This document shows, one piece after another, positions 47,381-57,100 of a DNA stretch of 64,000 bases. The DNA lies in the NCBI GenBank assembly GCA_039934415.1, contig JBDTME010000002.1:92746-156745 (forward strand). The letters run 5' to 3'. Origin of the DNA: Patescibacteria group bacterium (GTDB lineage: Bacteria > Patescibacteriota > Microgenomatia > UBA1400 > PJMF01). The translations under genes and the position numbers were made by a program. Every line of letters begins with the position of its first letter. Positions within the stretch are counted from its first letter, which is position 1. The notes under the pieces were generated by a model. That model searched no databases and was not told the DNA's origin. It saw nothing but the letters and a program-made list of their open reading frames with translations.

Positions 47381-49138
47381 TTATTTTCGTTCGATACCGT
47401 AGAGGTTGCTTTTCAAAGAGATGCGACCGGGAGCTCGTAGATTAAAAATTTCTTTAAATTCACTACTACTCATTCGAAGTTCGCCACGATTAGTTTGGAA
47501 CACAACTGAAGATGTCGTGCCAGCAGAGGAGTGTTCCACTTTGACTGAAGAGATGGAACTGTATGCACCACCTTTGCTATCTGCTCTCGACTTCATCTCA
47601 TCAATGCTCCATGAATCGCTTCCCCAACATGGTCCGAGTGGTCCAACTTTATCGGCGTCGCCTCCACCAGCTTTACGGACAACCCAAGCATTTAAGATAT
47701 CTGCCATCTCATTTTCGCGTAACCAAGGTGAATCTTTACCACAAGTATCACCCCCGCGAGTGGTGTACCACGCTTTGTAAAACCAAGGACTACCACCTTT
47801 TTTCTCATATGCTCCATCAGTCCAGTTTGACCAGTCTGAAGTGGAGTCCCAAAGACCAGGAACACTATGGCCAACCGAAGTATATCCAAGCAAATGTCCG
47901 CCAGCCGTACTAGCATACATGGTACTAAATACGTCGCCTGTGGCTTTACTGACGAGCACTTTTCCTTTGGTGGCATTAACTGCATCGTGCCACGCGCCAC
48001 CGGCTTGGAACTTGCTGGATTTATAGACCTGACACGCTTCGGTGACACAAATTGAGCCTTTGAGTGACTGGTTTCCCATGCGCCACCCCAAGTACGAGAG
48101 AGCATAGGTACGAGCGGCGATGGCTTGGGCTTTGAGCGCTTCAGAGTTCCAACTCCCTGGCATTTCTGCGATGCCTTTTAGGTACTGATTTTCAAATGGC
48201 ATAGTGCCGACAGAAGTGGCAACGGTGTCTGGCATCGACACATCTTTTATTTCGACGTCACCGTAATATGCTTTGAGAATTTGTTCGTAACTTTGGCCGG
48301 ACTCGGCTCTTCCTTTGGCTCCGTATTGACTCATACCTTTAAAATGTGGCGCGCCAAAACTAAACACCGCAAACGCAGGTGAAAATCCTGGATTGTAACT
48401 CGGAAGCGATTTTGGATCACCGCCCTCTGGAACCTCTCCGACTGAAGTTGTGGCGGTCCCGGCTTTGCTGGCGATAATTTGTTGCTGTTGTGCTGTTAGA
48501 CTTGCGATTTTGCCAGAAACTTCTGATTGATAGGTTTTGGCTTTAGAAATTTCCACATCAAAAAACTTTTTCTGCTCATTGAGAGTGATCTGGAGGGCGG
48601 CCAGTTTTTTTTGGTCATCCTCGAGTTTCTTTTTGTCGGTTTGTAGGTTGATGATGTCTTGAGCTGTGGATTGAATAATGCTTTTGTCTTGATCTTGAGC
48701 AGAGGCTTTATATGCCAAGTCTCGTGTGATGTTTTGTAAATCACCTTGTGCAAAAAAAATCATAAATGGCGATGGCGATTTACTTCGTTTGTAGCGTTCT
48801 GAGACTCGATAGGAGAAAAGAGCAATTGTGTCGGCGAGGTCATCTTCTCGCTGTGTGATATTGACAGCCAGTTTTCCGGCGTTTTTTTTGGCCGAATCGA
48901 TACCGGATTGGGCGTTTTTGACGCGTTGGGACAGAGAAGTGGCTTGTTGCTCCAAAGGTTTCGTCGCATCCTCAGACTGCTTTTTCATTTTTTCCAACTC
49001 ATTGATCTGATTTTGCAACTCTTCGACTGGGTCGATGGCGCGAGTCGCGGTTGGGAGGAGGGAGCAAGAAGTAAGGAGGATACCAATGACGAGAAGGCGA
49101 AAAAAGTGTGGTGGTCGAAAATGGTTTGAAGTGGGCAT
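47381..49138 (-). CDS. SpoIID/LytB domain protein with an N-terminal signal/TM and a long coiled coil
   Basis: The SpoIID core AQAIAARTYALSYL...CVTEACQVY. The N-terminal ~250 aa is coiled-coil. Confidence 0.7.
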   Translation of the reverse strand: MPTSNHFRPPHFFRLLVIGILLTSCSLLPTATRAIDPVEELQNQINELEKMKKQSEDATKPLEQQATSLSQRVKNAQSGIDSAKKNAGKLAVNITQREDDLADTIALFSYRVSERYKRSKSPSPFMIFFAQGDLQNITRDLAYKASAQDQDKSIIQSTAQDIINLQTDKKKLEDDQKKLAALQITLNEQKKFFDVEISKAKTYQSEVSGKIASLTAQQQQIIASKAGTATTSVGEVPEGGDPKSLPSYNPGFSPAFAVFSFGAPHFKGMSQYGAKGRAESGQSYEQILKAYYGDVEIKDVSMPDTVATSVGTMPFENQYLKGIAEMPGSWNSEALKAQAIAARTYALSYLGWRMGNQSLKGSICVTEACQVYKSSKFQAGGAWHDAVNATKGKVLVSKATGDVFSTMYASTAGGHLLGYTSVGHSVPGLWDSTSDWSNWTDGAYEKKGGSPWFYKAWYTTRGGDTCGKDSPWLRENEMADILNAWVVRKAGGGDADKVGPLGPCWGSDSWSIDEMKSRADSKGGAYSSISSVKVEHSSAGTTSSVVFQTNRGELRMSSSEFKEIFNLRAPGRISLKSNLYGIERK

Positions 49139-49192
49139 GAGTTGACTTGCTTATCTTATCACTTTTGGAGCAAATTTCGCTGAAATAATATG

Positions 49193-49597
49193 TTAGGGTT
49201 GCAGGCGGATGTTTTTATCAATCTTGTCAAAGTCTTTGTCAAAGGAGATAACCTTTGTTGAATGAGTTTTAGCTTTTAGCGCGAGATAACAATCCACAAA
49301 ATCAATGTTTTTGTTTTGAAAAGTATCTAAAGAATTCAAAAGCACACTTTTGTTTACCGTTACAACCTGTTTATTTTGAAAGAAAATGAACAGAAAATGA
49401 ACGGCTTCCTTTTTTGAAATGTTATATTTCCCTCCTGTTGATACAAATAGAAATTCACTGATTACTAAGGGGTCAATAAAAAGAATCTGATTCTGTATCA
49501 AAAGGTTTTCGATTATTTTTTCGGCTTTCTGTGCCTGTACCGGATGATCTCTCAAAAAAAGTCGTAACAGAATATTGGTGTCGACAAGGTATGTCAT
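49193..49597 (-). CDS. vapC: PIN-domain toxin (VapC-like)
   Basis: MTYLVDTNILLR with the conserved acidic residues of the PIN fold. It overlaps the upstream antitoxin by 4 nt. Confidence 0.65.
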   Translation of the reverse strand: MTYLVDTNILLRLFLRDHPVQAQKAEKIIENLLIQNQILFIDPLVISEFLFVSTGGKYNISKKEAVHFLFIFFQNKQVVTVNKSVLLNSLDTFQNKNIDFVDCYLALKAKTHSTKVISFDKDFDKIDKNIRLQP

Positions 49598-50001
49598 GAT
49601 TCTTCAGCGAGTTCTTTCATCAATTGCTCGTCTTTTTGCTGGTAATACTCAGCCATTTCTTTTCTGTACTGTTTTTTTGAAATTGGTTTACCTTCATAGG
49701 TAGCAGCAGCTTCTCTTACTGAAGAAATGAATTCGTGTACAGAAATATATTTGGTCAATTTTTCTTCTGGATCTAAGATTTGGATTTGAAAAGTCTGTCC
49801 AGGGGAAAGATCCAAGGATTTGACCAGCTCTTTAGGGTAGGTCACTTGTCTTTGAGTGGTCATTTTCAATGAGAATGTTTGCATGTCCATTATTTTAACA
49901 TCACCCATTACTCTGTCAATTAGTAATGAGTGTTGTGGCGTTCGAGGAACATCTACGCGCAAACCGCTAGACTGAAGAACGAACTTTCGCTGGTAAACCA
50001 C
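49594..50001 (-). CDS. vapB: VapB-like antitoxin (SpoVT/AbrB-type swapped-hairpin region)
   Basis: QRQVTYPKELVKSLDLSPGQ resembles an AbrB/MazE DNA-binding segment. The true start is probably an internal Met (MDMQTF...). Confidence 0.45.
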   Translation of the reverse strand: MVYQRKFVLQSSGLRVDVPRTPQHSLLIDRVMGDVKIMDMQTFSLKMTTQRQVTYPKELVKSLDLSPGQTFQIQILDPEEKLTKYISVHEFISSVREAAATYEGKPISKKQYRKEMAEYYQQKDEQLMKELAEES

Positions 50002-50166
50002 CCTTTCTGATTGAGTTATAGGTCTTTTTATGGTAAAATGGCGGGGTATTTTTCGATGGGCGAGTCAGGTTTAACTGACGAGCCATAAGAAAAGTACACG
50101 CACTTTAACGAAGTTGCAGGCCTGGCCCGTCATCTCCGGGTATCAGGTCTAGAAAGGGAATTTGAG

Positions 50167-50982
50167 ATGAATAGTTTAATGGAGCGCTTCACGGCGTTCC
50201 AAGACCTCCTCCGTAACTCGGAGGAAGGCCCGTTGAAGCGGGCGCGGGAATGGGGTGCCACCGTACTTTTGGGTGCCTTTATCGTTTTTGGATTGTTGTT
50301 TGCTGAGAGCCAGGCCCTCAGTAGCAATTTTCGGGCCCGGCCCGGCGAGATTGAACTCGCCGTGGTCGTGGCAGTAATCGCCTGCATCTGGTCGCTGCTC
50401 GTGGGAGCCAACTGGAGCGACATGGCTAGTTTAGCCGCCGCCGGTTTAGTGCTTTGGTTTATCGTTCGACTGGCTCTATTTGGGGTGGTCGAGCGGACAG
50501 GTGCGACCAGCGGCGAGGCGACGCTGCTGGTACTGGTTTTGATTGGAGTGGGGATTGCTCTCTGGATGTACAGAGAGCAGTTCACCTCCGCAACCAGCTG
50601 GGTGCGCGAGCAAGTCGGACGTGCCCTGCTGAAAGTCAAAGCGCGCGCTCGTTGGCAAAAAGCCGCAGTTTTGCTGCTCGCGATTTTTGCGGGGGGCATA
50701 TTCTGGGCGGCGACCCAGAGTTGGCTGGCCTTCGGGCCAGTAGTGGTTGTTGTTTTTGTTTGGCTCGCAAGTTGGTGGCTAACGCCGCCGACTCCGGAAG
50801 CCGGAACGCTCCCCCCAGGGACAGGGGAGCATGAAGAAGTAACCGACGAGGTTGTTGACCTCGTTGAAGAAGAAGAAGCGCCGGCGGCCCTGCCGGCAAT
50901 AATTGAACCTATCACCTCACCAGTCGAAGAGGCTTCATCCGACACGGACGAAGACCTTGATGATTGGGTGTTGGGTGTGTAG
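50167..50982 (+). CDS. hypothetical polytopic membrane protein encoded in a GC-rich island
   Basis: 271 aa with ~6 hydrophobic helices and an acidic C-terminal tail. Its GC content is markedly above the flanks. A TTGAGT-17-TGgTAAAAT promoter-like element sits ~125 nt upstream. The antisense ORF 50130..51050 is low-complexity and probably not real. Confidence 0.45.
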   Translation: MNSLMERFTAFQDLLRNSEEGPLKRAREWGATVLLGAFIVFGLLFAESQALSSNFRARPGEIELAVVVAVIACIWSLLVGANWSDMASLAAAGLVLWFIVRLALFGVVERTGATSGEATLLVLVLIGVGIALWMYREQFTSATSWVREQVGRALLKVKARARWQKAAVLLLAIFAGGIFWAATQSWLAFGPVVVVVFVWLASWWLTPPTPEAGTLPPGTGEHEEVTDEVVDLVEEEEAPAALPAIIEPITSPVEEASSDTDEDLDDWVLGV

Positions 50983-51190
50983 TTTGTCCCTCTTCGGTTT
51001 TCGGATCGAAGAGGGATGTTTTTAAAAAAATAAGAATTATTTATTAACAAACCAAAAAAAGTCAGCTTTCTAACGTAACAGTCAGAGAATTAGCGCATTT
51101 ATAGAAATAGAACAAGAACGAAGTAGAGAAAAGCAGTACAGCTTATAACTTTAAAAACACTGAAAATACTCTAGAAATACCAGGCGTAAT

Positions 51191-51988
51191 ATGTTAAAAT
51201 CACGACCTTCTATGAAGAAAATGCTGAAAAGTGTTCTAGCGTTTTTGTTTTTGATTTCATTTTTTGTGCGTTTTTTCTCACCTGTTTCAGCTGAAGTAGT
51301 CGCACCAACGTGTTCGGCTATCTCTGTTCCGATAACTTTAACGGCCTCAGATGCCAATATCAATATTACCTTCAATCCATCACTTGGTTTACAAGATGAC
51401 GGGAGATATCGTTTCAACTACGAAGATGCTTCTGTGGATCATAATGTAACCGAGTACTTCGGTCGAGAAGACGATCGTTCAAATTGGAGTGTAGATTTTT
51501 CCTTTAACACTGTCATTGCCGCACCTCAGACGTTGGCACTACAAAATCTCGATGGACAACAGTTTTGTCTCGTTACTTTTCGATATGACCAAGCATCAAA
51601 CACTGTATTAGTGACCAAACCAGGTCAGGGGCAAACTCCAGAATCATTTAATCTGTGTCAACAAGCTGGTACCAATCACGGAACTTGTGATGCATGTTTA
51701 GCTAATGGCGAAATATGGACGGGTGTAGGATGCATTCCTTTCAAAACTGGCGTTGCAACCGTACGAGCAATTATTGTATTAGGACTCGGGATTACTGGTA
51801 CCGCGGTAGTACTAATGACACTCTATGCCGGGTTTATGTTTAGCACCTCGCAAGGTGATCCTAAACGAGTCGACGAAGCCAAAAGCGCTGTGACCTCAGC
51901 GATCATCGGCGCCTTTTTCATCATTTTCTCCGTCACCATCCTCCAATTCATTGGAGTAAGCATCTTGCACCTGCCAGCTTTCGGGTAA
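51191..51988 (+). CDS. secreted protein with a C-terminal T4SS pilin-like domain (candidate minor pilin/adhesin)
   Basis: A signal peptide, a ~150-aa domain, then GVGCIPFKTGVATVRAIIVLGLGITGTAVVLMTLYAGFMFSTSQGDPKRVDEAKSAVTSAIIGAFFIIF (helix - charged loop - helix), which resembles the small pilins at 290..1394. Confidence 0.5.
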   Translation: MLKSRPSMKKMLKSVLAFLFLISFFVRFFSPVSAEVVAPTCSAISVPITLTASDANINITFNPSLGLQDDGRYRFNYEDASVDHNVTEYFGREDDRSNWSVDFSFNTVIAAPQTLALQNLDGQQFCLVTFRYDQASNTVLVTKPGQGQTPESFNLCQQAGTNHGTCDACLANGEIWTGVGCIPFKTGVATVRAIIVLGLGITGTAVVLMTLYAGFMFSTSQGDPKRVDEAKSAVTSAIIGAFFIIFSVTILQFIGVSILHLPAFG

Positions 51989-52043
51989 ACAGCACCTTAA
52001 CTTGGCCTTCAAATTTTTTTGTTTCCAATGATATGATGAAGAA

Positions 52044-53285
52044 GTGAAAAAAATTCTTCTCACTTTTTTGTTCGCTTTCCTCTTTTTGGCTACAAACGTC
52101 AAAGTAGTTTTTGCAGATAATGACACTTTAGGGGTTTACTGTGATGTTACTGTGAATGGTGTGGCGTTGTCGTCAACTCAAGATTCTGCGCCGACAATCT
52201 ACGCGAGTAGAAAAGATGGAGCAAATTACGTCTACCCTTTTAAAGTGTGTGGAAATTTAGCGCTTTTGAATAATCTTCCTACTGGTGTCAAACCTGTGAT
52301 CGACATGACACCGTATCACTTCGACTTTACTGCTTTTCAACCGTCAGAAAGAATAAACCTGACTCAAGATGGTAGTTGTTTAGTTGGTGAATACTCCAAA
52401 AACCTTGCACCAAATGGGAAGACCGTCGACTCCGTTTATGATGTTGAAGGTGATAATTCTGGGAATACGCCTATTTGTCATCGAGTGTTCGCTAGGCTAG
52501 CACCAAGTGTGTTAGCGGATACCGCTGCTTGGGCGAACGCTAGTACGATGTGCGGGACAATCGGCCTGGACCCTGTTGCACCAATCCACAATGACAACGT
52601 GACTATTGATTTTGTTCTCCCTGAACCATTTTGGACAAATGCGATTAACTCCCCAGAAGGAATCTCATACAGTGGTTTACATTATAAATTGATTCGTTCT
52701 GCTGATGGCGCTGAGCTACAAAATGGAGAAGTTTCTGGCATTATAAATGGAGGACTGGCAGATCCTCATATCTTTGAACATGTTGACCACATGGATGCCG
52801 GTAACTATCGAGTAAAATTCGTCTTAGAAGGGAGTAATGGTAATTTAGATATTTGCGAAAGAAGTTTCGACGTTGGTACTCAGAATGATCCAGGGAAACT
52901 GAATGATAGCGTAGGTTCAGTTGACGAATTTAAGTTGTGTAATCAAGCAGGTCCGCCAGGTTCCGACTCTTACACGGCATGTAACAAATGTTTTTATAAC
53001 AATAGCGGTATTTGGACTGGAGTGGGGTGTATTCCTTATACGAACACTGCCTTGATGGTTAGAGCTCTTATCGTTTTAGGATTGGGCATTGCAGGCACTG
53101 CGGTAGTACTGATGACACTAGCTGGGGCATTTTTGATGTCCACCTCTAGGGGAGAACCTCAAAGAGTTGAAGAAGCGAAGAGTTTGATTACATCTGCCGT
53201 TGCTGGAATATTTTTCATCATTTTTTCTGTAAGTATTTTACAATTTATCGGTGTGAGTATTCTGCATATCCCTGGGTTCGGATAG
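52044..53285 (+). CDS. secreted protein with a C-terminal T4SS pilin-like domain, paralog of 51191..51988 with a larger N-terminal domain
   Basis: The C-terminal ~110 aa is nearly identical in pattern (IWTGVGCIPYTNTALMVRALIVLGLGIAGTAVVLMTL...RVEEAKSLITSAV...). The ~300-aa N-terminal domain is different. Confidence 0.5.
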   Translation: MKKILLTFLFAFLFLATNVKVVFADNDTLGVYCDVTVNGVALSSTQDSAPTIYASRKDGANYVYPFKVCGNLALLNNLPTGVKPVIDMTPYHFDFTAFQPSERINLTQDGSCLVGEYSKNLAPNGKTVDSVYDVEGDNSGNTPICHRVFARLAPSVLADTAAWANASTMCGTIGLDPVAPIHNDNVTIDFVLPEPFWTNAINSPEGISYSGLHYKLIRSADGAELQNGEVSGIINGGLADPHIFEHVDHMDAGNYRVKFVLEGSNGNLDICERSFDVGTQNDPGKLNDSVGSVDEFKLCNQAGPPGSDSYTACNKCFYNNSGIWTGVGCIPYTNTALMVRALIVLGLGIAGTAVVLMTLAGAFLMSTSRGEPQRVEEAKSLITSAVAGIFFIIFSVSILQFIGVSILHIPGFG

Positions 53286-53299
53286 GGTATAATATCTTT

Positions 53300-54136
53300 A
53301 TGATCAAGCTAAAGTTTTTTGTCCTTCTGCTTTTTTTCGTAAGTTTTTTTGTTGTGACCTCTCCAGCTCATGCTCAACAATGTATGACTGATGGTAGTGT
53401 TCCTTGTGCTGCTGGATTTGTTTGTGATTGTACTGGCGAGCCTGGATGTGGCCAAGATGCGACACGTGGTGAGTGTAAGCCAGTGCCGAAACCAAATGGT
53501 TCACTGTGCGGAGCTAATACTGAGTGTACGAGTGGGTATTGTAATATTGTATGTACCGTACCACCTTCATCCCTGCCTAGCTGTATTCCTGGATCAGCTT
53601 TTGACAACAAAATAGACCCTCGGATGAGTAGTTGTTTGGAAGGAACTGTTATTCGCTATCAATGTGGAACAGGCTATCAACTGGACATAAGTACAAAAAT
53701 CTGTAATGCACTCCCGACGACTAACTCACCCGCCCCAGCACCATCGGACAGTACTGTGCCGACTCCTCCAGATTCTTCAAGCGGAATAGCCAACGGGCTT
53801 TTTTTGTTTTTAGTAAATCCCTTAACTGTCACTGGAAATAAGAATCCACTGGCAGGAATCATTCAAGGTTTTACGAATGTCACCCAAACCTTCACCACTC
53901 CGGCTGGTTTTCTCAATGCCTTGATGCCTTTCCTTTTTTCGATTGCTGGCATAATATTGTTCGTGATGATCATTTGGGGTGGTTTTGAGATGATCTATGG
54001 GGCAGCCGATACCAAGGCTCAAGAGGCTGGTAAACAACGTATTACCGCCGCTCTAATCGGCTTTACCCTTCTGTTCATCTCTTACTGGATCGCGCAGATT
54101 TTGCAGGCGATCTTTGGGGTGAATATTTTAGGGTGA
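53300..54136 (+). CDS. Cys-rich secreted protein with a C-terminal T4SS pilin-like domain
   Basis: An N-terminal Cys-rich module (CMTDGSVPCAAGFVCDCTGEPGCGQ...). The C-terminus FLFSIAGIILFVMIIWGGFEMIYGAADTKAQEAGKQRITAALIGFTLLFISYW matches the pilin architecture. Confidence 0.5.
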   Translation: MIKLKFFVLLLFFVSFFVVTSPAHAQQCMTDGSVPCAAGFVCDCTGEPGCGQDATRGECKPVPKPNGSLCGANTECTSGYCNIVCTVPPSSLPSCIPGSAFDNKIDPRMSSCLEGTVIRYQCGTGYQLDISTKICNALPTTNSPAPAPSDSTVPTPPDSSSGIANGLFLFLVNPLTVTGNKNPLAGIIQGFTNVTQTFTTPAGFLNALMPFLFSIAGIILFVMIIWGGFEMIYGAADTKAQEAGKQRITAALIGFTLLFISYWIAQILQAIFGVNILG

Positions 54137-54194
54137 AAAGTGAGAGTGTCTGGAGCCTTCCAGGCTAGATATAGACTTATAGTATTGTCGATAT

Positions 54195-57100
54195 TTGAGA
54201 AATATGGTAAAATCTGGGTCAAATATGAACGAAAGAAGAGTCGAGGTACCAGTCGATCCAGAAAAGCGTTTCGTTAAAGAAACGTTTGGTATGATTTTTG
54301 CTGATCTGCCTATCAAGGCGGATTTTAAACGCAGGATTATCTCAGCTCTGCGTGTACTTGATGAAGCTATTTTGGATGTTAACGGTCAACCTTTAGATCT
54401 TAGTCCCATTAAAATAAAAGTACAAAAAGATAATATTGAACTGTTGTACGTAATGATTTCCTCATTGCGTACCTCTCCCGAACTGTTAGAAAGTCCCGAC
54501 GCCATAGATAGCTTTGAAGATCAATTGAAAGTTGTGGGAGAACAAGTTGGCAGTATCTTGGATACTTACGAGAACATCCTAGCTGATATTGAAAATCCAC
54601 TTCCAGTCGTCGCAGTAGAAACCCCTCCATTGAGTGATAAAGAAGTCGTTGATCAATTTATTGCAAGTGAACCTTCAATCGCTTCGGAGTATCAACAAAT
54701 ACTCAATATCACACCTAATTTCCCAGATTTGACAATTCGAGACAAGTACCCGTTTGCTGGAGATGATGACGAAGGTCGAGACCGAGCAGGCCTAATCATC
54801 CAAGCAGATAAATTGAGGATCACCTTGCTGACTAGAGCTGTCGAAAATGCACTCGAGCGTCGATATGTGGGTAAATCCGAATCAGAAGCCCGAGAAAAAA
54901 TCATTATTCAACAAAAGCTATTACGACCTTTAGATGAGTTGTCAGATAAACTGCAAGGACAAATTTTGAAGGAGTTCTTAGAGTCATATGACAGAGCTGA
55001 ACTAGGGGAATTATTATATGGGGAGGAGGACGGGTTACTTGATGAGCCACCTTTCACCACCTTACTTGCAGATATTGATGAAGTGGGGGATAAGGTATCC
55101 AAGGAACCTGTGGGATATTCTGGATTAACCAGTTTGGGAACATTAAAGCAAAGAATAGAGGCTAATTTTAAGGCAGCAGAAGTCCAGGCACAAGGTCGTT
55201 TACTCGCTTTAATTCCAGGCAAATTTCATGAAGAATTTCAGCGTACCTGGTCAACTCAGTATGCATTGAAGACAGCTCAATCTTTGAGAGCATTAGAGAA
55301 GCTATTTTATACAACTTTCGAAAAAACAGCTAATGATATTGGTCAGGAAGCTGATGGAATAATTCAGAACTATCAATCTTTGGCAACTCCAGATTTGCCT
55401 ACTTTATATACAGAGCAGAAGAAACTTTCCGACAAAAAAACAGAATTAGACAAATTGTTATACGTCAAGTTTTTTAGTGCTACCGAGAACAAAACCACTA
55501 CTGACATCGAAGACAAGGTAAAAGCAAAAATAAGCGAAATAGATAAGATAGAAGAAGAAATAGAGACTAAGCAGCTCGACCTGTGGAAACAAGATGTTTT
55601 ACCAGGTGAAATCCATCTCCTAGAGTTAAATGCCGCTGATACAGACGCAAAAACAGCTCTAGCTGGTACTGATAAGACGGTGATTGCAGCCGCGAAAGAA
55701 AGATTAGAAAAAGCCAGAAAAGAAGCGTTTGCGTTGGTACCAACGAAAGTCCTTGTCGACACGCAGGAAGTTCTTATCAAAGGTGCTTCCCACTACCTGA
55801 ATCAGCTCGTTGCAGCATCAGACCAGACAGTATTGGCTGCTGCTGAGAGATTGTCCACTCTGGACGAGGTTGAGCGTGAGGAAATGAAAACTAGTTTGTC
55901 TGGCCTCATAGAAAAGATCAACAAGCTCGACCTAGAGGATGAAACGCATACACTTGATTCACTGAAAAAAGAATATGCCGATGAGTTTAAAGATCTTGAA
56001 GATCGATTTGATAAAGGCGGCATTCCACCTGCATCAGTAAGTTCCAGATACGCAGAAGCCAAGAAAAAGCTTGGCATCATGGTAGAGTCGGCAACTATTC
56101 GTGGATATCCATTTTCTAAGGTTGTGAGTATTGCGAGCGAGAAAAACTATGACGTGTTTGTTGATACAAAGTCTACTCGAACAATCGCTGATCCTTATGA
56201 AAAGGCAATTGTGAAGAGAGTTCAGGCCTTATACTACACAGAAACTGCAAAGTTTGGAGTAAAGAACGCTGATGGCAGTATTGATGAAAATGATCCAGAA
56301 ACTGAAAAGCTACGAATTGAGCACCGAAGGCAAAAAGTCCGGATGTTTGCGTACCGTTACCGCGATGACAACTATCCTAAGACCGGTGTCCCAGCTGCAA
56401 AGCAGGAGAACTTATATAGCCTTTTTGGTCCTAGAAGACTTTCACGAAAAGACATCTTAGAGGGTGTCACCAATCATGAAATTTATGGTCAGCATACTCA
56501 AGATTTGCTTAGATATGTTATCGATGTCGTCGGGGAAGATATTCCTACAAGATCACCTAAACCAGCTGAAATGAATCCAGACGGAACAGTGAAAGAGAGA
56601 GCAAGGTTTTATACGGCAAGAGAGCTAGAAATTTGCTACGATGATCTTGCAAAAAATCCAGACGGACCTCTGAAGTTAGAGAATCATTTAAAAGAAATTT
56701 TTGTCGCTAGTGGTTTGTTGCCACTAGAACATTTTGAGATTGTCTGGAACCTATATATCACTTTCGATCTGGCTTCTATTTCTTTAGCGAAGCTCCAGAA
56801 AAGAACCAAAACACGAAGCCATAACCCCACTAAGCCTGTGGACACTGAGTACTTGTCCTATCCATTCCATGTCATGAGTCACAAACGAAACAGATATGGT
56901 AATTTGGACTCCGCACATCAGCATTTGTTGGAATTTACAGGTGATTACCCGAATGACGAAGAGAAAGACCAATTTGGTAATTTAGTGTACCGAGATGATA
57001 GCGGAAACGTTGTGCCAGCTGGAACTCGGGATTCTACAACTTATCTGTGGGCTGGAAATCAGAGTAAAAGGCATGGAACACACGTGCGGACGGTGAGAAC

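Noticed and set aside
50080-50110. Hammerhead-ribozyme-like CTGACGAG in the leader of the GC-island gene
   Set aside because: The CUGANGA core is not followed by a stem II plus GAAA arrangement, and no stem III or cleavage triplet is in register. It is simply part of a 5-bp hairpin GTCAG...CTGAC.
50130-51050. 306-aa minus-strand ORF across the GC-rich island
   Set aside because: It is Ser/Thr/Ala/Arg low-complexity with no hydrophobic core. GC-rich DNA stays open in several frames. The opposite-strand frame encodes a coherent multi-helix membrane protein, so this one is most likely spurious. I cannot exclude a dual-coding arrangement without expression data.
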